Source of the DNA: Eledone cirrhosa
Lineage: Eukaryota
Reading direction: 5' to 3'
Assembly: GCA_964016885.1 (NCBI GenBank)
Contig: OZ024760.1
Location: 14,632,001-14,696,000 of the forward strand
Length of the DNA: 64,000 nt
How positions within the stretch are numbered: position 1 is the stretch's first letter; each line of letters opens with the position of its first letter. This document shows, one piece after another, positions 63,906 to 64,000 of this stretch. A program made the translations under genes and the position numbers. The notes under the pieces were generated by a model. It saw only the letters and a program-made list of their open reading frames with translations. It had not been told where the DNA came from and did no database searches.

Positions 63906-64000
63906 TAAAAGGAGAAAAATATGACAATAATTCTAGTCAATCTTACACTCATGTCATAACTTTAGCTATGATGTCACAACAATATGTGAAACTTATACTT

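Overview
AT-rich, microsatellite-dense eukaryotic genomic DNA. The repeat families and a molluscan-type nad1 NUMT point to a cephalopod (octopod); this is inferred, not proven. Most ORFs in the supplied track are microsatellite artefacts. Splicing by eye gives three host genes: (1) a complete 18-exon mRNA capping enzyme RNGTT on + (7207-27993); (2) a convergent, C-terminally shortened TTLL7-like tubulin polyglutamylase on - (48736 to about 38296); (3) the last four exons of an FRRS1-like cytochrome b561 ferric-chelate reductase on - (63359-59822). Mobile DNA includes a 5'-truncated but uninterrupted R4/Dong-clade RT+RLE retrotransposon sitting inside a (TATG)n array, an adjacent RTE-derived element with a (TATG)n tail, CRE, RTE and L1/Tx1-like relics, piggyBac-, hAT- and pogo-type MITEs, an array of about 25 co-oriented tRNA-SINEs, and several palindromic Penelope-like remnants carrying minimal hammerhead ribozymes. 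One of those ribozymes lies in sense orientation in the probable 3' UTR of the FRRS1-like gene.
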